Shown: positions 18,265 to 28,473, counted from the first letter of the stretch. The stretch is 64,000 bases of DNA from Calditrichia bacterium (GCA_050633245.1 JBOEGD010000009.1:32001-96000), one strand, 5' to 3'. Translations and numbers: made by a program. The notes: a model not told the origin generated them from the sequence alone.

Positions 18265-20187
18265 TTACTTTTTGTTAGTTGTCTCGTCCTGCACCCGATT
18301 TGTGAACGCATCAAGGCTCATTGAGCCAAGATCACCTTCACCGTGGTGCCTGACGGATATTTGCTGATTTTCTACTTCTCTATCCCCTATTATCAGCATA
18401 TAGGGAACTTTCTGAACTTCATTTTCACGAATTTTAAAACCGATCTTTTCATTTCTGCGATCGATCGTCACGCGAACACCTGCTTTACGCAGTTCTTCTT
18501 CTACCTGATTAGCATAGTCGATATGCTTATCGGTAATCGGCAGAACGGCAACTTGTATCGGCGCCAGCCATGTTGGGAACGAACCACCATAGTGTTCGAT
18601 CAGGATGCCGAAGAAACGCTCCAGCGAGCCCATCAGTGCGCGATGCACCATGATAGGACGATGCGTTTCACCATCATCACCAACAAATTCCATTTCAAAG
18701 CGCTCCGGCAGATTAAAATCTACCTGAATCGTTGAACACTGCCAGGAACGCCCCAGCGTATCGCGAATCTTTATGTCAATCTTCGGGCCGTAAAAAACGC
18801 CCTCACCCTCGTCCACAGTATAATTCAGTTCGCGCTTTTCAAGCGCTACTTTCAGGCTTTCAGTCGCTAAATCCCAGCTATCGAGGCTACCGACATACTT
18901 TTCAGGGCGGGTTGAAAGATAAATATCATATTCGCTAAAGCCAAAGGTCGTTAAAATTTCAATTACAAGATCCAGAACGTTCACCAACTCGTTGGTTAAC
19001 TGATCCGGCGTGCAAAAGATATGGGCGTCATCCTGAGTAAATCCACGAACGCGCATCAAACCGTGTAATACACCCGATCGCTCATAACGATACACGGTGC
19101 CAAGCTCTGCATAGCGAATCGGCAATTCACGATAGCTTCGCAGCGAGTTTTTATATATCATCAGATGAAACGGGCAGTTCATTGGCTTCAACTGATAATC
19201 GGCATTGTCCAGCTCCATCGTAGAAAACATGTTCTCGCGATAAAAACCGGTATGACCACTGGTATTCCATAAATCGAGTTTGGCAGCATGCGGCGTATAA
19301 ATAATTTCATAACCGTGCTTATAGTGCTCTGCAACCCAGTAGTCTTCCATTACTCGGCGAATACGTGCGCCTTTGGGATGCCACAGAATAAGCCCGTTAC
19401 CAATACTTTCCTGCACAGAATATAGATCCAGTTCGCGGCCCAGCTTACGGTGATCCCGTCGTTTTGCTTCTTCCAAACGATGGAGATGCTCATCCAAGTC
19501 TTTCTTTTTCGGAAAACTGGTCGCATAAATGCGCTGTAGCATCTTATTCTTCTCATCTCCACGCCAGTATGCACCAGCAACGCTGAGCAGCTTAAAGTTT
19601 TTGCCCAGCTTTTTGGTCGACGTTACGTGCGGCCCACGACAAAGATCGGTGAATTCACCCTGCGAGTAAGCAGAAATCGTCTCACCATCCGGCAGGTCAT
19701 TTATCAATTCTATCTTCAAATCTTCATGTTGATCGCCGAAGAATGCCAGTGCTTTATCGCGAGGCAACTCCTCACGCTTAATTTCGTGGTCTTCATCGAC
19801 AATTTTTGCCATCTCAGCTTCCAGCGCCGCAAAATCTTCCGGTGATAATGAATGATCCAGATCGATATCGTAATAAAAGCCGTTTTCGATTGGCGGCCCG
19901 ATACCCAGCTTAGCCTTCGGAAACTTGCGTTTCAGCGCCTGAGCCATTAGGTGAGCAGTAGAATGACGGAAGACTTCCGCGCCTTCTGCATCGGAGAAAC
20001 GCAGGATTTCCAACGTTCCATCGGCTTCTAAAGGACGCCAAAGCTCGACGACGGTGCCGTTATATTTTGCAGCAAGAGCCTCTTTGCCCAAGCGAGAGCT
20101 TATTCCCGAGGCAATCTCTCCGGCTGTGATACCGCTTGCAAATGTCTTTTCATTTCCATCGGGAAATGATATGCGAATGTCGTTCAT
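18265..20187 (-). CDS. thrS: Threonine--tRNA ligase
   Basis: HSTAHLMAQA, DLCRGPH, KPMNCPFH, RVRGFTQDDAHIF and FYGPKID motifs. Confidence 0.97.
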   Translation of the reverse strand: MNDIRISFPDGNEKTFASGITAGEIASGISSRLGKEALAAKYNGTVVELWRPLEADGTLEILRFSDAEGAEVFRHSTAHLMAQALKRKFPKAKLGIGPPIENGFYYDIDLDHSLSPEDFAALEAEMAKIVDEDHEIKREELPRDKALAFFGDQHEDLKIELINDLPDGETISAYSQGEFTDLCRGPHVTSTKKLGKNFKLLSVAGAYWRGDEKNKMLQRIYATSFPKKKDLDEHLHRLEEAKRRDHRKLGRELDLYSVQESIGNGLILWHPKGARIRRVMEDYWVAEHYKHGYEIIYTPHAAKLDLWNTSGHTGFYRENMFSTMELDNADYQLKPMNCPFHLMIYKNSLRSYRELPIRYAELGTVYRYERSGVLHGLMRVRGFTQDDAHIFCTPDQLTNELVNVLDLVIEILTTFGFSEYDIYLSTRPEKYVGSLDSWDLATESLKVALEKRELNYTVDEGEGVFYGPKIDIKIRDTLGRSWQCSTIQVDFNLPERFEMEFVGDDGETHRPIMVHRALMGSLERFFGILIEHYGGSFPTWLAPIQVAVLPITDKHIDYANQVEEELRKAGVRVTIDRRNEKIGFKIRENEVQKVPYMLIIGDREVENQQISVRHHGEGDLGSMSLDAFTNRVQDETTNKK

Positions 20188-20277
20188 AAACTGTCTCTGC
20201 CGGCTATCGGTTGAATATGTAAAGGGACTTTAACAGGCTTGATTCCGGCGGCCTGAACAATCCGGCTATAAATTAGA

Positions 20278-20305
20278 CATAGCCCTAACACGATGCAGGG
20301 CTATG
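20278..20305 (-). other. Hairpin between tRNA-Val and thrS (processing or partial terminator)
   Basis: CATAGCCCT...AGGGCTATG 9-bp stem, without a strong U-tract. Confidence 0.45.
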
Positions 20306-20311
20306 AACTTG

Positions 20312-20385
20312 TGGGGCGAGCCAGAGTCGAACTGACGACCTCTACGATGTCAACGTAGCGCTCTAACCAACTGAGCTACCGCCCC
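20312..20385 (-). tRNA. tRNA-Val(GAC), CCA not encoded
   Basis: GGGGCGG/TCGCCCC-A acceptor stem, TAGCTCAGTTGGTTAGAGC D arm, CTACG-TTGACAT-CGTAG anticodon arm and GTTCGA T loop. Confidence 0.96.
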
Positions 20386-20406
20386 GAATACGTTCAAATG
20401 CCGACA

Positions 20407-20435
20407 AATATACTGTTTAGCCATGCTGAAAGCAA
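20407..20435 (-). promoter_or_regulatory. Sigma70-type promoter of the tRNA-Val/thrS operon
   Basis: TTGCTT-N17-TATATT about 20 nt upstream of the tRNA. Confidence 0.6.
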
Positions 20436-20590
20436 GCAAATATTATTAAGAAACAGCAGCATTATTTGTCGGATGCCGTATAGCAATCGTGCACTTTTAA
20501 GGAGGTAAAAATATAAGAAATTTCTTTAATCCAAATCAACCAAAGAGTATTATTAAATATAATCAACCAAATAAACCGCTAATTCCAGAA

Positions 20591-22456
20591 ATGGCTGCCG
20601 ATATGTCATCAAAAGATTCCCCTTATCCGGGTAGAAATGTGCTTGTTTTTGTTGTTGGATTGCTGGTAATTCCACTTCTCTATTCTTCCACAACTATCGA
20701 CCCGGTACTACCCATTCGTTTATTGACACTCGCAGCTTTACTGGCTCTTTCTTTGGTGCTCCTCTTGCAAAAGCCCGGCACTGGCAAGACGCAAATGCTG
20801 ACGGCATCACCATTAGTCTATCTTATCCTTTCCTTTTTTGCGTTACAGCTCCTGTCTTCAATCTGGGCTGTTAACAGCATGGAAGCACTTATTGAGGTGG
20901 CAAAGCTCGGACTCCTGATCTGCGTATTTTTTCTGAGTATCGTTTTTCTACAAAAAAAGAACAGCCTGTTATTCCTCTGTCATGGCTTAGCGGTACTGGC
21001 TATTCTGCTGTCATTTATGGGAATATGTCAATACTATCAACTCGGATTTACCGGCATTCCCGGTCATTTTCTCATTTATGCAACCCTGGTAAACAAAAAC
21101 CTGTTCGCCAGCGCATTGGTGCTGTTGCTGCCATTTCTGTTTTACAGCGCAATCGTCCATCGAGGTAGCGGCAGCATCTTGAGCATGGCTGGAATACTTC
21201 TATCGTCCATTGCGGTAGGCTTGGCGCACTCCAGAGCAGTATGGATTGCACTCGCTATTTTAACAGCAATTGTTGCGACCGGCTTTATCTTGCGTTTACC
21301 AAAGGCGGAATTTACCGAGAAAGCACAGGCCATTCTGCGCAAGCGCATGGTTTTGGTATTAAGTCTTACCCTACTGGCCTGCACACTAACTGCAATGCTG
21401 AATTTGTATGGGCGTGCCACGCCGACCTACGCCAGTGACGCTGCGCGTACTGCGGTTACGGCAACCCGTTCTCTTGATGAGCGACGTCAGCTATGGACAA
21501 AGAGTTTTGACATGATCGCCGAGCAACCAATTATCGGCGTAGGCGCCGGCAATTGGAAAATCATGTTTCCGCGCTATAGTGGCGGCAACATGCGTTCAGC
21601 TGAAGGCAGCGTCCAGTTCGTGCGACCACATAACGATTTCATTTGGGTTGCCAGTGAGACGGGAATTATCGGACTCCTGCTCTATCTCGGCATCTTTGGC
21701 TGGGCATCGCTTCTCGCCTGGCGGCAGGCACACAACTCAAGCGATTCGTATGAACAGCTCTTAGCCGTTTGCCTGCTTGGTGGAATCGCAACATTTGCAG
21801 TAATATCCGGCTTTAGTTTTCCCAGGGAGCGTATTGTGCACAGTCTGTTTTTTTGGCTAAGTGCAGCAATTCTTGTGGCTAATAGTACACCAGAACGTAA
21901 CAAGCTGTCAGTATCTCTTCCACGCGGTGCCATCATCGGTATGCTTCTTTTTTCCATCGCAACCGGAGCAGTTGGTTATTCAAGATTGGGCGCGGAGAAG
22001 GCTTTAAAAAAGAGTTTTTCCGCACATAAGCAGCAAAACTGGCCATTGGCAAAACGTCATGCCATGGCCGCGGGAACCCGTTTTTTCACAATCGATCCCT
22101 CCGCAACTCCGCCGGCATTCTACCAGGGACAGGCAGCAATAAAGCTGGGCGACATGGCCGGTGCAGATACTGCTTTAAAAAGAGCATATCAACAAAACCC
22201 ACATCATATTCTTACGCTGGGAAATCTGGCGGCTGTTCAACAAAGACTGGAAAAACTTGCCGAGGCCGAGCGTTATTTTAAAGAAGCATTGGTTGTCTCT
22301 CCACAACTCGAATCTGCTCTAATCAACCTCAGTGCAGTGTATTATCAGCAGAAAAATATTGCAAAGGCTCTGGAAACGCTGGCCAAATGCGATCCTAAAT
22401 CGACAAATCCTCGTATTGCGCAGTATCGGAAGATATACGAGGGTGGTGAAAAGTGA
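20591..22456 (+). CDS. O-antigen ligase (Wzy_C) family protein with C-terminal TPRs
   Basis: Multi-TM protein with SRAVW, GVGAGNW and RPHNDFIWVASETGIIG motifs, plus TPR helices at the C-terminus. Confidence 0.85.
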   Translation: MAADMSSKDSPYPGRNVLVFVVGLLVIPLLYSSTTIDPVLPIRLLTLAALLALSLVLLLQKPGTGKTQMLTASPLVYLILSFFALQLLSSIWAVNSMEALIEVAKLGLLICVFFLSIVFLQKKNSLLFLCHGLAVLAILLSFMGICQYYQLGFTGIPGHFLIYATLVNKNLFASALVLLLPFLFYSAIVHRGSGSILSMAGILLSSIAVGLAHSRAVWIALAILTAIVATGFILRLPKAEFTEKAQAILRKRMVLVLSLTLLACTLTAMLNLYGRATPTYASDAARTAVTATRSLDERRQLWTKSFDMIAEQPIIGVGAGNWKIMFPRYSGGNMRSAEGSVQFVRPHNDFIWVASETGIIGLLLYLGIFGWASLLAWRQAHNSSDSYEQLLAVCLLGGIATFAVISGFSFPRERIVHSLFFWLSAAILVANSTPERNKLSVSLPRGAIIGMLLFSIATGAVGYSRLGAEKALKKSFSAHKQQNWPLAKRHAMAAGTRFFTIDPSATPPAFYQGQAAIKLGDMAGADTALKRAYQQNPHHILTLGNLAAVQQRLEKLAEAERYFKEALVVSPQLESALINLSAVYYQQKNIAKALETLAKCDPKSTNPRIAQYRKIYEGGEK

Positions 22457-22466
22457 ACGGTGAACG

Positions 22467-22502
22467 GCGTGTAGAGACGCAATGCATTGCGTCTCTACAC
22501 GC
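22467..22502. repeat. 36-bp perfect palindrome, GTAG-type REP-like element
   Basis: GCGTGTAGAGACGCAATG-CATTGCGTCTCTACACGC between convergent genes, preceded by (TGAACGG)x2. Confidence 0.8.
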
Positions 22503-23328
22503 GCGAACGCGCAACGTTAATCAACGCCACCAGAACGATGCCTGCCCCAATTACCGAACGATAATCCGGCACTTCGTTAAAAAACAACACGCCCCAAATC
22601 GCGGCAAAAACGACCCCAATATAGGCCATATTCATCACCCTGCCCGCTTCGTCGTGATGAAGCGCCTTGGTGAGAAGCCACTGAGCGGCAACAGCCGTTA
22701 CTCCAACCCCTAACAGAAGCAACCACTCATTGCCCTGTGGCAGAATAAAGGTATGGGCTACCGGAAGCGATCCCACAATGGAAACTGCGGGAAAATATAG
22801 CATCACATTTAGCGGATCGTCGGTATGGCGTAGTTTGCGTACCCAGTTATAGGCCAGGCCGGCAAAGAAAGCTCCTCCTAAACCAACCATTGCAGGAACA
22901 GCTTCAAGGGAAAACCCTGGACGAATAATCAACAGTATCCCTCCAAAAGCGAGCAAAAAATTCATCCAGCTTTGGCCAGAACTGCGTTCTTTAAGGATGA
23001 ATATAGCCAGCAGTGCTGTAAACAATGGATTGGTGTACTGGAGCATGGTGGAGTCTGTAATAGGTATTTTTGTCAGCGTGTAAAAAAAGGCTGAAAGCCC
23101 GATAAAGCCAAAAAGCCCACGCAGAAGCAAATTCTTTTTATCCACCCCCCAAAGTGGCAACCCACGCTGCTTAATCATAATAACAAGTATCAGGAAAACC
23201 AGAACGCTTCGTGCAAAAACCATCTCCTGTGCAGGAAGGCGCTCGCCTCCGGCTTTAACCAGTGCCGACATAACGCTAAAAAGAAAGGAGGCCATTAACA
23301 TATAGGCTGGGCCGGGAGTAATGCGCAT
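22495..23328 (-). CDS. DMT/EamA family transporter
   Basis: About 10 TM helices in two EamA repeats; PLFTALLA..ILKE and WGVLFFNEVP motifs. Confidence 0.9.
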   Translation of the reverse strand: MRITPGPAYMLMASFLFSVMSALVKAGGERLPAQEMVFARSVLVFLILVIMIKQRGLPLWGVDKKNLLLRGLFGFIGLSAFFYTLTKIPITDSTMLQYTNPLFTALLAIFILKERSSGQSWMNFLLAFGGILLIIRPGFSLEAVPAMVGLGGAFFAGLAYNWVRKLRHTDDPLNVMLYFPAVSIVGSLPVAHTFILPQGNEWLLLLGVGVTAVAAQWLLTKALHHDEAGRVMNMAYIGVVFAAIWGVLFFNEVPDYRSVIGAGIVLVALINVARSRV

Positions 23329-23429
23329 GTGGAATTCTCTAAAAGTTGGATGCGGACTGGACTGTCCAATCAGCGGGCTACATTGTAGCTGAAAAGGCGA
23401 TTAAAGGCAATCGAAAAAGAAAATGGCAG

Positions 23430-24185
23430 TTAGTTCTGAGAGTGCACCCATTCACGGACTTCAAAGTCCAGAGTGCCGGCGGGTAAGGAGGTATCATAAA
23501 GCATGCGAATGACCTGACGATCGAAATCGCAATAGGTATTTATCTCGGTATGCCCTTGAAAGAAGATACTCTCGGGGTATTTCTGCGAGTCGTTCATCAG
23601 ACCAAGCAATTGGGTAAGCTCTTCGCGAATCAGGTGATTTCGATGACTCTGAGTAAGACGATCGCTGGCAACAACAACACGGCCACGGTAAATTTCACCT
23701 GCATAATTCCACCAGTTCCAAAAGAACCCGTTGGTAAAAACGAGTCCTGACGGCTCGTATTCATAAAATCGATCGTGTGGAATGAACAAAACCTCTACGT
23801 TCCCGCCGGTTGCAACAATCTCCAGCGACAGCTTGCCATCGAGCAGCTCATTTAATTCGCTAATCACATTATTCAGCTCTGCGCGATCGGCATGGGTCGG
23901 TTGCCCAACAATCTCGATTTTCAGATTATCGACCCACTTCTTAATTCGGAAATCTCCAATGCTGTATTCCGCACCAAGCGCAATATCCAAAAAATATTGG
24001 GACTGCAGCGTCAGTCTCTTCTCTTTGGTATAAGAAGCGACCTTGTAAACAATCGGCTCAACCGGCGGTTCAACTTGTCTTCGCGGGGAAGATGTAGAGG
24101 CACAAGAGCAGAGGACCAGCAGAATCAGCAACTGTGCAGAAAGGAAATGAATGGAAAGGCGGTGGGCAGTTTTTTTCATGTGCAA
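23430..24185 (-). CDS. Lipoprotein, DUF2927 family
   Basis: Lipobox LCSC; IKKW and HLIREELTQLLGLMNDS...ESIF motifs. Confidence 0.75.
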   Translation of the reverse strand: MHMKKTAHRLSIHFLSAQLLILLVLCSCASTSSPRRQVEPPVEPIVYKVASYTKEKRLTLQSQYFLDIALGAEYSIGDFRIKKWVDNLKIEIVGQPTHADRAELNNVISELNELLDGKLSLEIVATGGNVEVLFIPHDRFYEYEPSGLVFTNGFFWNWWNYAGEIYRGRVVVASDRLTQSHRNHLIREELTQLLGLMNDSQKYPESIFFQGHTEINTYCDFDRQVIRMLYDTSLPAGTLDFEVREWVHSQN

Positions 24186-24272
24186 AATATAGTTATACGA
24201 TCGATTTGAAGCAATTTAATGCTGCTATTTTCTCTTCTTATTCAATTATGAGCCAATATATTCTGAAAATTT

Positions 24273-25673
24273 ATGACCAAGACCACAATTTCAACAATTG
24301 CATTATCGGATAGCAGTCGCTATCTTGCCAGCAAATTTATTGAGTCTCCAGCGAAAGTCGCTATTTTAATGTCTTCCCCTCCTTCTGATTTACGCATGCG
24401 CACCATCATTTTCCAATGGATGCCGCTAGCTGCAACCTGGCTTATGATGTCTGTTGAAGGACCATTTCTTTCAGCGATTATTGCCCGCCTTCCAGAAGCA
24501 AAACTCAACCTTGCAGCATACGGCGTCGCGTTTTCCATCGCACTGCTGGTTGAATCTCCAATCATTATGATTTCCAGTGCCGCTACCGAACTTCTGAAAG
24601 ACCGCAAGACTTATATTCGTCTACGCAACTTCACGAACTTTCTCAATGCCGCCATTACATTTGTTATGCTTCTTTTGCTGGTTCCAGCTGTCTCAGATGC
24701 TTTTTTACAGGGCCTTCTCGAATTACCACAGGAAGTGGCTGACCTGACGCGCCAGGCTTGTTTTCTTCTACTCCCCTGGCCGGCGGCCATCGGCATAAGA
24801 CGTTTTTATCAGGGCCTACTCATACGCAATCAGCTTACCAGGCGCGTCGCATTCAGCACCATAGCCAGGCTAATTGCCATGCTCGGTACCGCGATCTTGC
24901 TCTATACCTTTGGTAATTATTCCGGCGTTGTAGTTGGTGCAGCGGCACTGTCTGCGGGAGTATGCATCGAGGCATTAATGGTGCGCGGCATGGTTCATCG
25001 CTCTATCAAAGAACTTATGGCCATCGATTCGTCCAAGGAAGAGTTGGGCTATCGCTACATCGCAAATTTTTACTATCCACTTGCCCTTACTTCAATGATT
25101 GGACTCGCACTTCATCCCATCATCACATTCTTTATGGGAAAAAGCCGTATGCCGCTGGAATCGCTGGCGGTGTTACCGGTTTTAAACTCGCTGGTCTTTA
25201 TATTTCGCAGTGCTGGATTATCTTATATCGAAGTAACAATTGCCTTTATGGGACGCGGCAAAGAATGGTACCCCCTGCTCCGTCGCTTCGCAATCATCCT
25301 AATGAGCAGCATTGGCATAATCCTTTGCGGCATTGCCTTTAGCCCGCTGGCCGACCTTTGGCTGCTAAATGTCGCAGGCCTCTCACCGGAACTTGCCAAC
25401 TTTGCAAAATTCCCTCTACAGATACAGGCTATTATACCAGTGCTGTCTATTTTACTGTCTTTCCAGCGAGGCATATTGGTAAGCGCAAGAATTACGCGAC
25501 CCATTACCCTGGCAACCGGCTTGGAAGTGTGCTTGTTATTTCTAACGCTGTTGGTATTGGTGCAAATGTGGGGATTGATTGGAGCGGTAGCTGCATCTAT
25601 CAGCATGTTGTTGGGACGAATCGCGGCGAACATATTTCTCACCCGGCCATTCAGCCGGGCGCTTTCCAAATAA
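24273..25673 (+). CDS. MATE/ANKH-like membrane transporter
   Basis: About 12 TM helices; WMPLAATWLMMSVEGP and LAAYGVAFS motifs. The true start may be about 30 codons downstream. Confidence 0.65.
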   Translation: MTKTTISTIALSDSSRYLASKFIESPAKVAILMSSPPSDLRMRTIIFQWMPLAATWLMMSVEGPFLSAIIARLPEAKLNLAAYGVAFSIALLVESPIIMISSAATELLKDRKTYIRLRNFTNFLNAAITFVMLLLLVPAVSDAFLQGLLELPQEVADLTRQACFLLLPWPAAIGIRRFYQGLLIRNQLTRRVAFSTIARLIAMLGTAILLYTFGNYSGVVVGAAALSAGVCIEALMVRGMVHRSIKELMAIDSSKEELGYRYIANFYYPLALTSMIGLALHPIITFFMGKSRMPLESLAVLPVLNSLVFIFRSAGLSYIEVTIAFMGRGKEWYPLLRRFAIILMSSIGIILCGIAFSPLADLWLLNVAGLSPELANFAKFPLQIQAIIPVLSILLSFQRGILVSARITRPITLATGLEVCLLFLTLLVLVQMWGLIGAVAASISMLLGRIAANIFLTRPFSRALSK

Positions 25674-25683
25674 TTTCATCCCC

Positions 25684-26460
25684 TTAAGGCAGCGGGATCA
25701 AACTCACTTTTTCCATGCCATTACCGCTATCGATAAACATGTTCGCTTCGAATGGAAAAGCGTCTGTGGTATCGACGAGCGTGCCCTGAGCGACAACCGA
25801 ATAAGCGGCGTCATCTTCTAAGACAACCGGTTCAAAAGCCACAACAATTGTGGAGTCGCCTGCCGGACGAATAACAAGACTAAAGGTATCGGCGTCGACA
25901 CTTGCATAAAAGGAAGCCTGTTTGAAAGCCAGGTCCAATGCGATAGTTTCCATTCGCTGAACACCATTGTTATCGACAAAAGAGCCATCAAAGTCTATTC
26001 GTGGGGCATCGGGAACGGCATGTATCAATCTGATTTTAGCAATACTGGCAGTCGTGTCGGTATTTGCCCGCTCGTCTACCGTAAAAACACCATCTAGATT
26101 GGCGAGCGCGTCGATTGCGTAGAAGGTGTAAAGGCGTTCGTCGGTCAGCGGCGCATCGAAATCGATTACCGTCGTAGAAGTACCGGCTTGATTCATTTTC
26201 ACATTTAATGTGCCGGGATCGACCTGCACATATTCAGTGGCATTGCCGTAGGTAAGGCTATTAAAAGTTGCCGTAGAAGAGCCACCGAGAAATACGTCGA
26301 CGGCAGGAGCATCATAGCTCAAATGCATAGCGCGGACTTTTAAAGTATCGGGAATCGTTGGTGTCGACGTTGTTGGCTCGCTGGAATCAGAACAGGCGGC
26401 AACCAGCATCAACAGGCCGAGTGCGACTGACCAAACGGCTTTAAGGTTCAAATTTAACAT
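25684..26460 (-). CDS. DUF4397 domain lipoprotein (one tandem unit)
   Basis: Lipobox VAAC; VRAMHLSYDAPAVDV and IRLIHAVPDAP motifs. ATG at 26460 follows GGAGG. Confidence 0.8.
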   Translation of the reverse strand: MLNLNLKAVWSVALGLLMLVAACSDSSEPTTSTPTIPDTLKVRAMHLSYDAPAVDVFLGGSSTATFNSLTYGNATEYVQVDPGTLNVKMNQAGTSTTVIDFDAPLTDERLYTFYAIDALANLDGVFTVDERANTDTTASIAKIRLIHAVPDAPRIDFDGSFVDNNGVQRMETIALDLAFKQASFYASVDADTFSLVIRPAGDSTIVVAFEPVVLEDDAAYSVVAQGTLVDTTDAFPFEANMFIDSGNGMEKVSLIPLP

Positions 26461-26590
26461 GTGTAAAACTTCCTCCATATAACGCGATGAATAAATGAAC
26501 GACCAATGATAGCGTAAAACCAGCGAAGAATCCAGCTATTATTTTCAAACATCAGGTGGATTTGAATTTCGGTTATGAAAGGTCTTACGC

Positions 26591-26627
26591 AAAAACGAAA
26601 GACCAGATCCATAGATCCGGTCTTTCG
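26591..26627 (-). terminator. Terminator between the two DUF4397 genes
   Basis: CGAAAGACC..GATC-loop-GATC..GGTCTTTCG hairpin followed by a U5 run on the minus strand. Confidence 0.65.
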
Positions 26628-26658
26628 ATTACCGATGGGGTTCTTGGAGGGTACAAAT

Positions 26659-27969
26659 TTAGTTGTTAACAATAATGGCAGCGCTAAGATCAGCCAAGGC
26701 ACCATTTGCAAACACAGTGTAGATTTTTCCTTCGTCCAAAACGATACCCGGAAGATTCAAAGCAACCGTTGATGTTCCGGCTACACGAGCCTGCAGGTCA
26801 AACGTTCCGGCAGCAAGCGGTGTAAAGTCAGTGGACGTTTTGAAGGCGCGATCGCCAAAGACAACTGTTCCGTCGGTCAGTGTAATATCAACATTCGGAG
26901 CGTCCGGAGACAAGTGCACAAAGCGCACGTGTGCGTTACCGGCGGCCGGAGCAGTCAGATCGTCTGCCAGAAGAACCGGCTCGATGCTGGATACAAAGTT
27001 TGCAGCAAATACGGTGTAGTTTGCGCTACGATCCAAATTCGGTGTCACGTCTATTACCGTAGTCGGCGTTCCACTTACATTCACCTTGAAGTTGCGATCA
27101 CCAGCGTTAACCGGCAGGTAACCAGTGTTGTTCGGGAAGGTCAGTGCTGCACCATTTACAACATTGGCATCAACCAGCAGATCAACGCCCGGTGCATCCG
27201 GTGAACCGTGGACTACTAATACATTCGACGTTGAGTTTACCAGATCGACAGCAACGTTGCCGTCACCATTGTCTACGAAGACACGTACGGAAAAAGGACT
27301 GTTGTCGGTTTCGTCCAGCGTTCCGTGAGCTACAACGGTGTAGACGTTTCCGGCGGCAACAGCAATCGGGTCATACAAGCGCACTTCAGCTGTTGCTCCT
27401 GCAGGCGTGATCGCAAATGAATAATCGGCGGCATCTACTGCGACATAGTCTGTAATACCTTTGAAAGGCGCACCTGCAAATACAGCAGCACCGGCACCAT
27501 CATTCAGCTTAATATCAACTGCCGGGGCATCCGGAGAAGCGTGAATGGCGCGAACTTTTGCCTGAGTAGATGAAGGCGTGCGATCATCGGTATCGAGAAT
27601 CGCGGTAATCGAACCATCTGCGAGCGAACCAACTGCAAGGATAGTATAGGACTCATTCTCAGCGAAGGTTAAATCTGCATCGATAACGGCTGGTGAGGTC
27701 GTGCCCGCAGCAACTACTTTAATATTGTAGGTTCCGGCATCAATTTCTGCATAACCGGATGTTTCGGTATAAGCCAATCCAGCAATACCGCTTGCGGCGT
27801 TATTAATAAGAATGTCAACAGCAGGCGCATCATAGCTGGCATGAATTACGCGAATAGATGTTTTTGGCGTCTCGCCACTTACAGGATCAGAATCATCACT
27901 ACATGAGGCAAGAAACAGCATGGAAATAATTAGGGAAGAAATCAGGGTTAAAAATCTTAAGTTACGCAT
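26659..27969 (-). CDS. DUF4397 domain lipoprotein (two tandem units)
   Basis: Lipobox LASC; four repeats of the H-x-S-(P/Y)-D-A-P-x-V-D motif. Confidence 0.85.
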   Translation of the reverse strand: MRNLRFLTLISSLIISMLFLASCSDDSDPVSGETPKTSIRVIHASYDAPAVDILINNAASGIAGLAYTETSGYAEIDAGTYNIKVVAAGTTSPAVIDADLTFAENESYTILAVGSLADGSITAILDTDDRTPSSTQAKVRAIHASPDAPAVDIKLNDGAGAAVFAGAPFKGITDYVAVDAADYSFAITPAGATAEVRLYDPIAVAAGNVYTVVAHGTLDETDNSPFSVRVFVDNGDGNVAVDLVNSTSNVLVVHGSPDAPGVDLLVDANVVNGAALTFPNNTGYLPVNAGDRNFKVNVSGTPTTVIDVTPNLDRSANYTVFAANFVSSIEPVLLADDLTAPAAGNAHVRFVHLSPDAPNVDITLTDGTVVFGDRAFKTSTDFTPLAAGTFDLQARVAGTSTVALNLPGIVLDEGKIYTVFANGALADLSAAIIVNN

Positions 27970-28030
27970 CAAATTCTCCAATGTAATTTAGTTATTTGGT
28001 CTTTTAAGTTCAATTTGTTCTACCTGCCTA

Positions 28031-28050
28031 TAAGACAAACCATGTGCCAA
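28031..28050 (-). promoter_or_regulatory. Sigma54-type -24/-12 promoter of the DUF4397 gene
   Basis: TTGGCACATGGTTTGTCTTA (GG-N10-GT). Candidate UAS pair TGCA-N5-TGCW lies at 28183-28195 and 28204-28216. Confidence 0.65.
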
Positions 28051-28320
28051 AAACGCTCAATTCGCTCAAAATCAAATTGAATCGAATTTTTTGAGTGCTG
28101 TTTTTATTGAACTTATAGCCGGTGGTTTTTATTCTTAAGCGTTCATGTATCGTTTGCAGGCTGGTCGACGGAGCCGCAATTTTGCAAATAATGCTTGGGC
28201 CCTTGCAAAATTTGCATGGTTAGAGTCGTGGATAAAGATATTGCCCGAAGGTTGGGCTTTATGTATGTTATGGCGGGCATTGGGAGGACTTTAAACGCTA
28301 GAGGCTAGAAGCAGGTCGTG

Positions 28321-28392
28321 AGAAAGGCAGAAAGGCAGAAAGGCAGAAAGGCAGAAAGGCAGAAAGGCAGAAAGGCAGAAAGGCAGAAAGGC
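28321..28392 (+). repeat. Octamer tandem repeat (AGAAAGGC)x9
   Basis: Nine perfect units read directly from the sequence. Confidence 0.97.
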
Positions 28393-28409
28393 AGAAAGCA
28401 GTATATTCC

Positions 28410-28473
28410 TTGTCTCCTTGTCTCCTTGTCTCCTTGTCTCCTTGTCTCCTTGTCTCCTTGTCTCCTTGTCTCC
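28410..28473 (+). repeat. Octamer tandem repeat (TTGTCTCC)x8
   Basis: Eight perfect units read directly from the sequence. Confidence 0.97.

Noticed and set aside
20401-20472. 10-bp inverted repeat CCGACAAATA/TATTTGTCGG in the divergent promoter region
   Set aside because: It is short and widely spaced, with no supporting regulator, and cannot be distinguished from chance.
28321-28473. Possible CRISPR array
   Set aside because: The units are 8 nt and contiguous, with no unique spacers, and there are no cas genes in the window.
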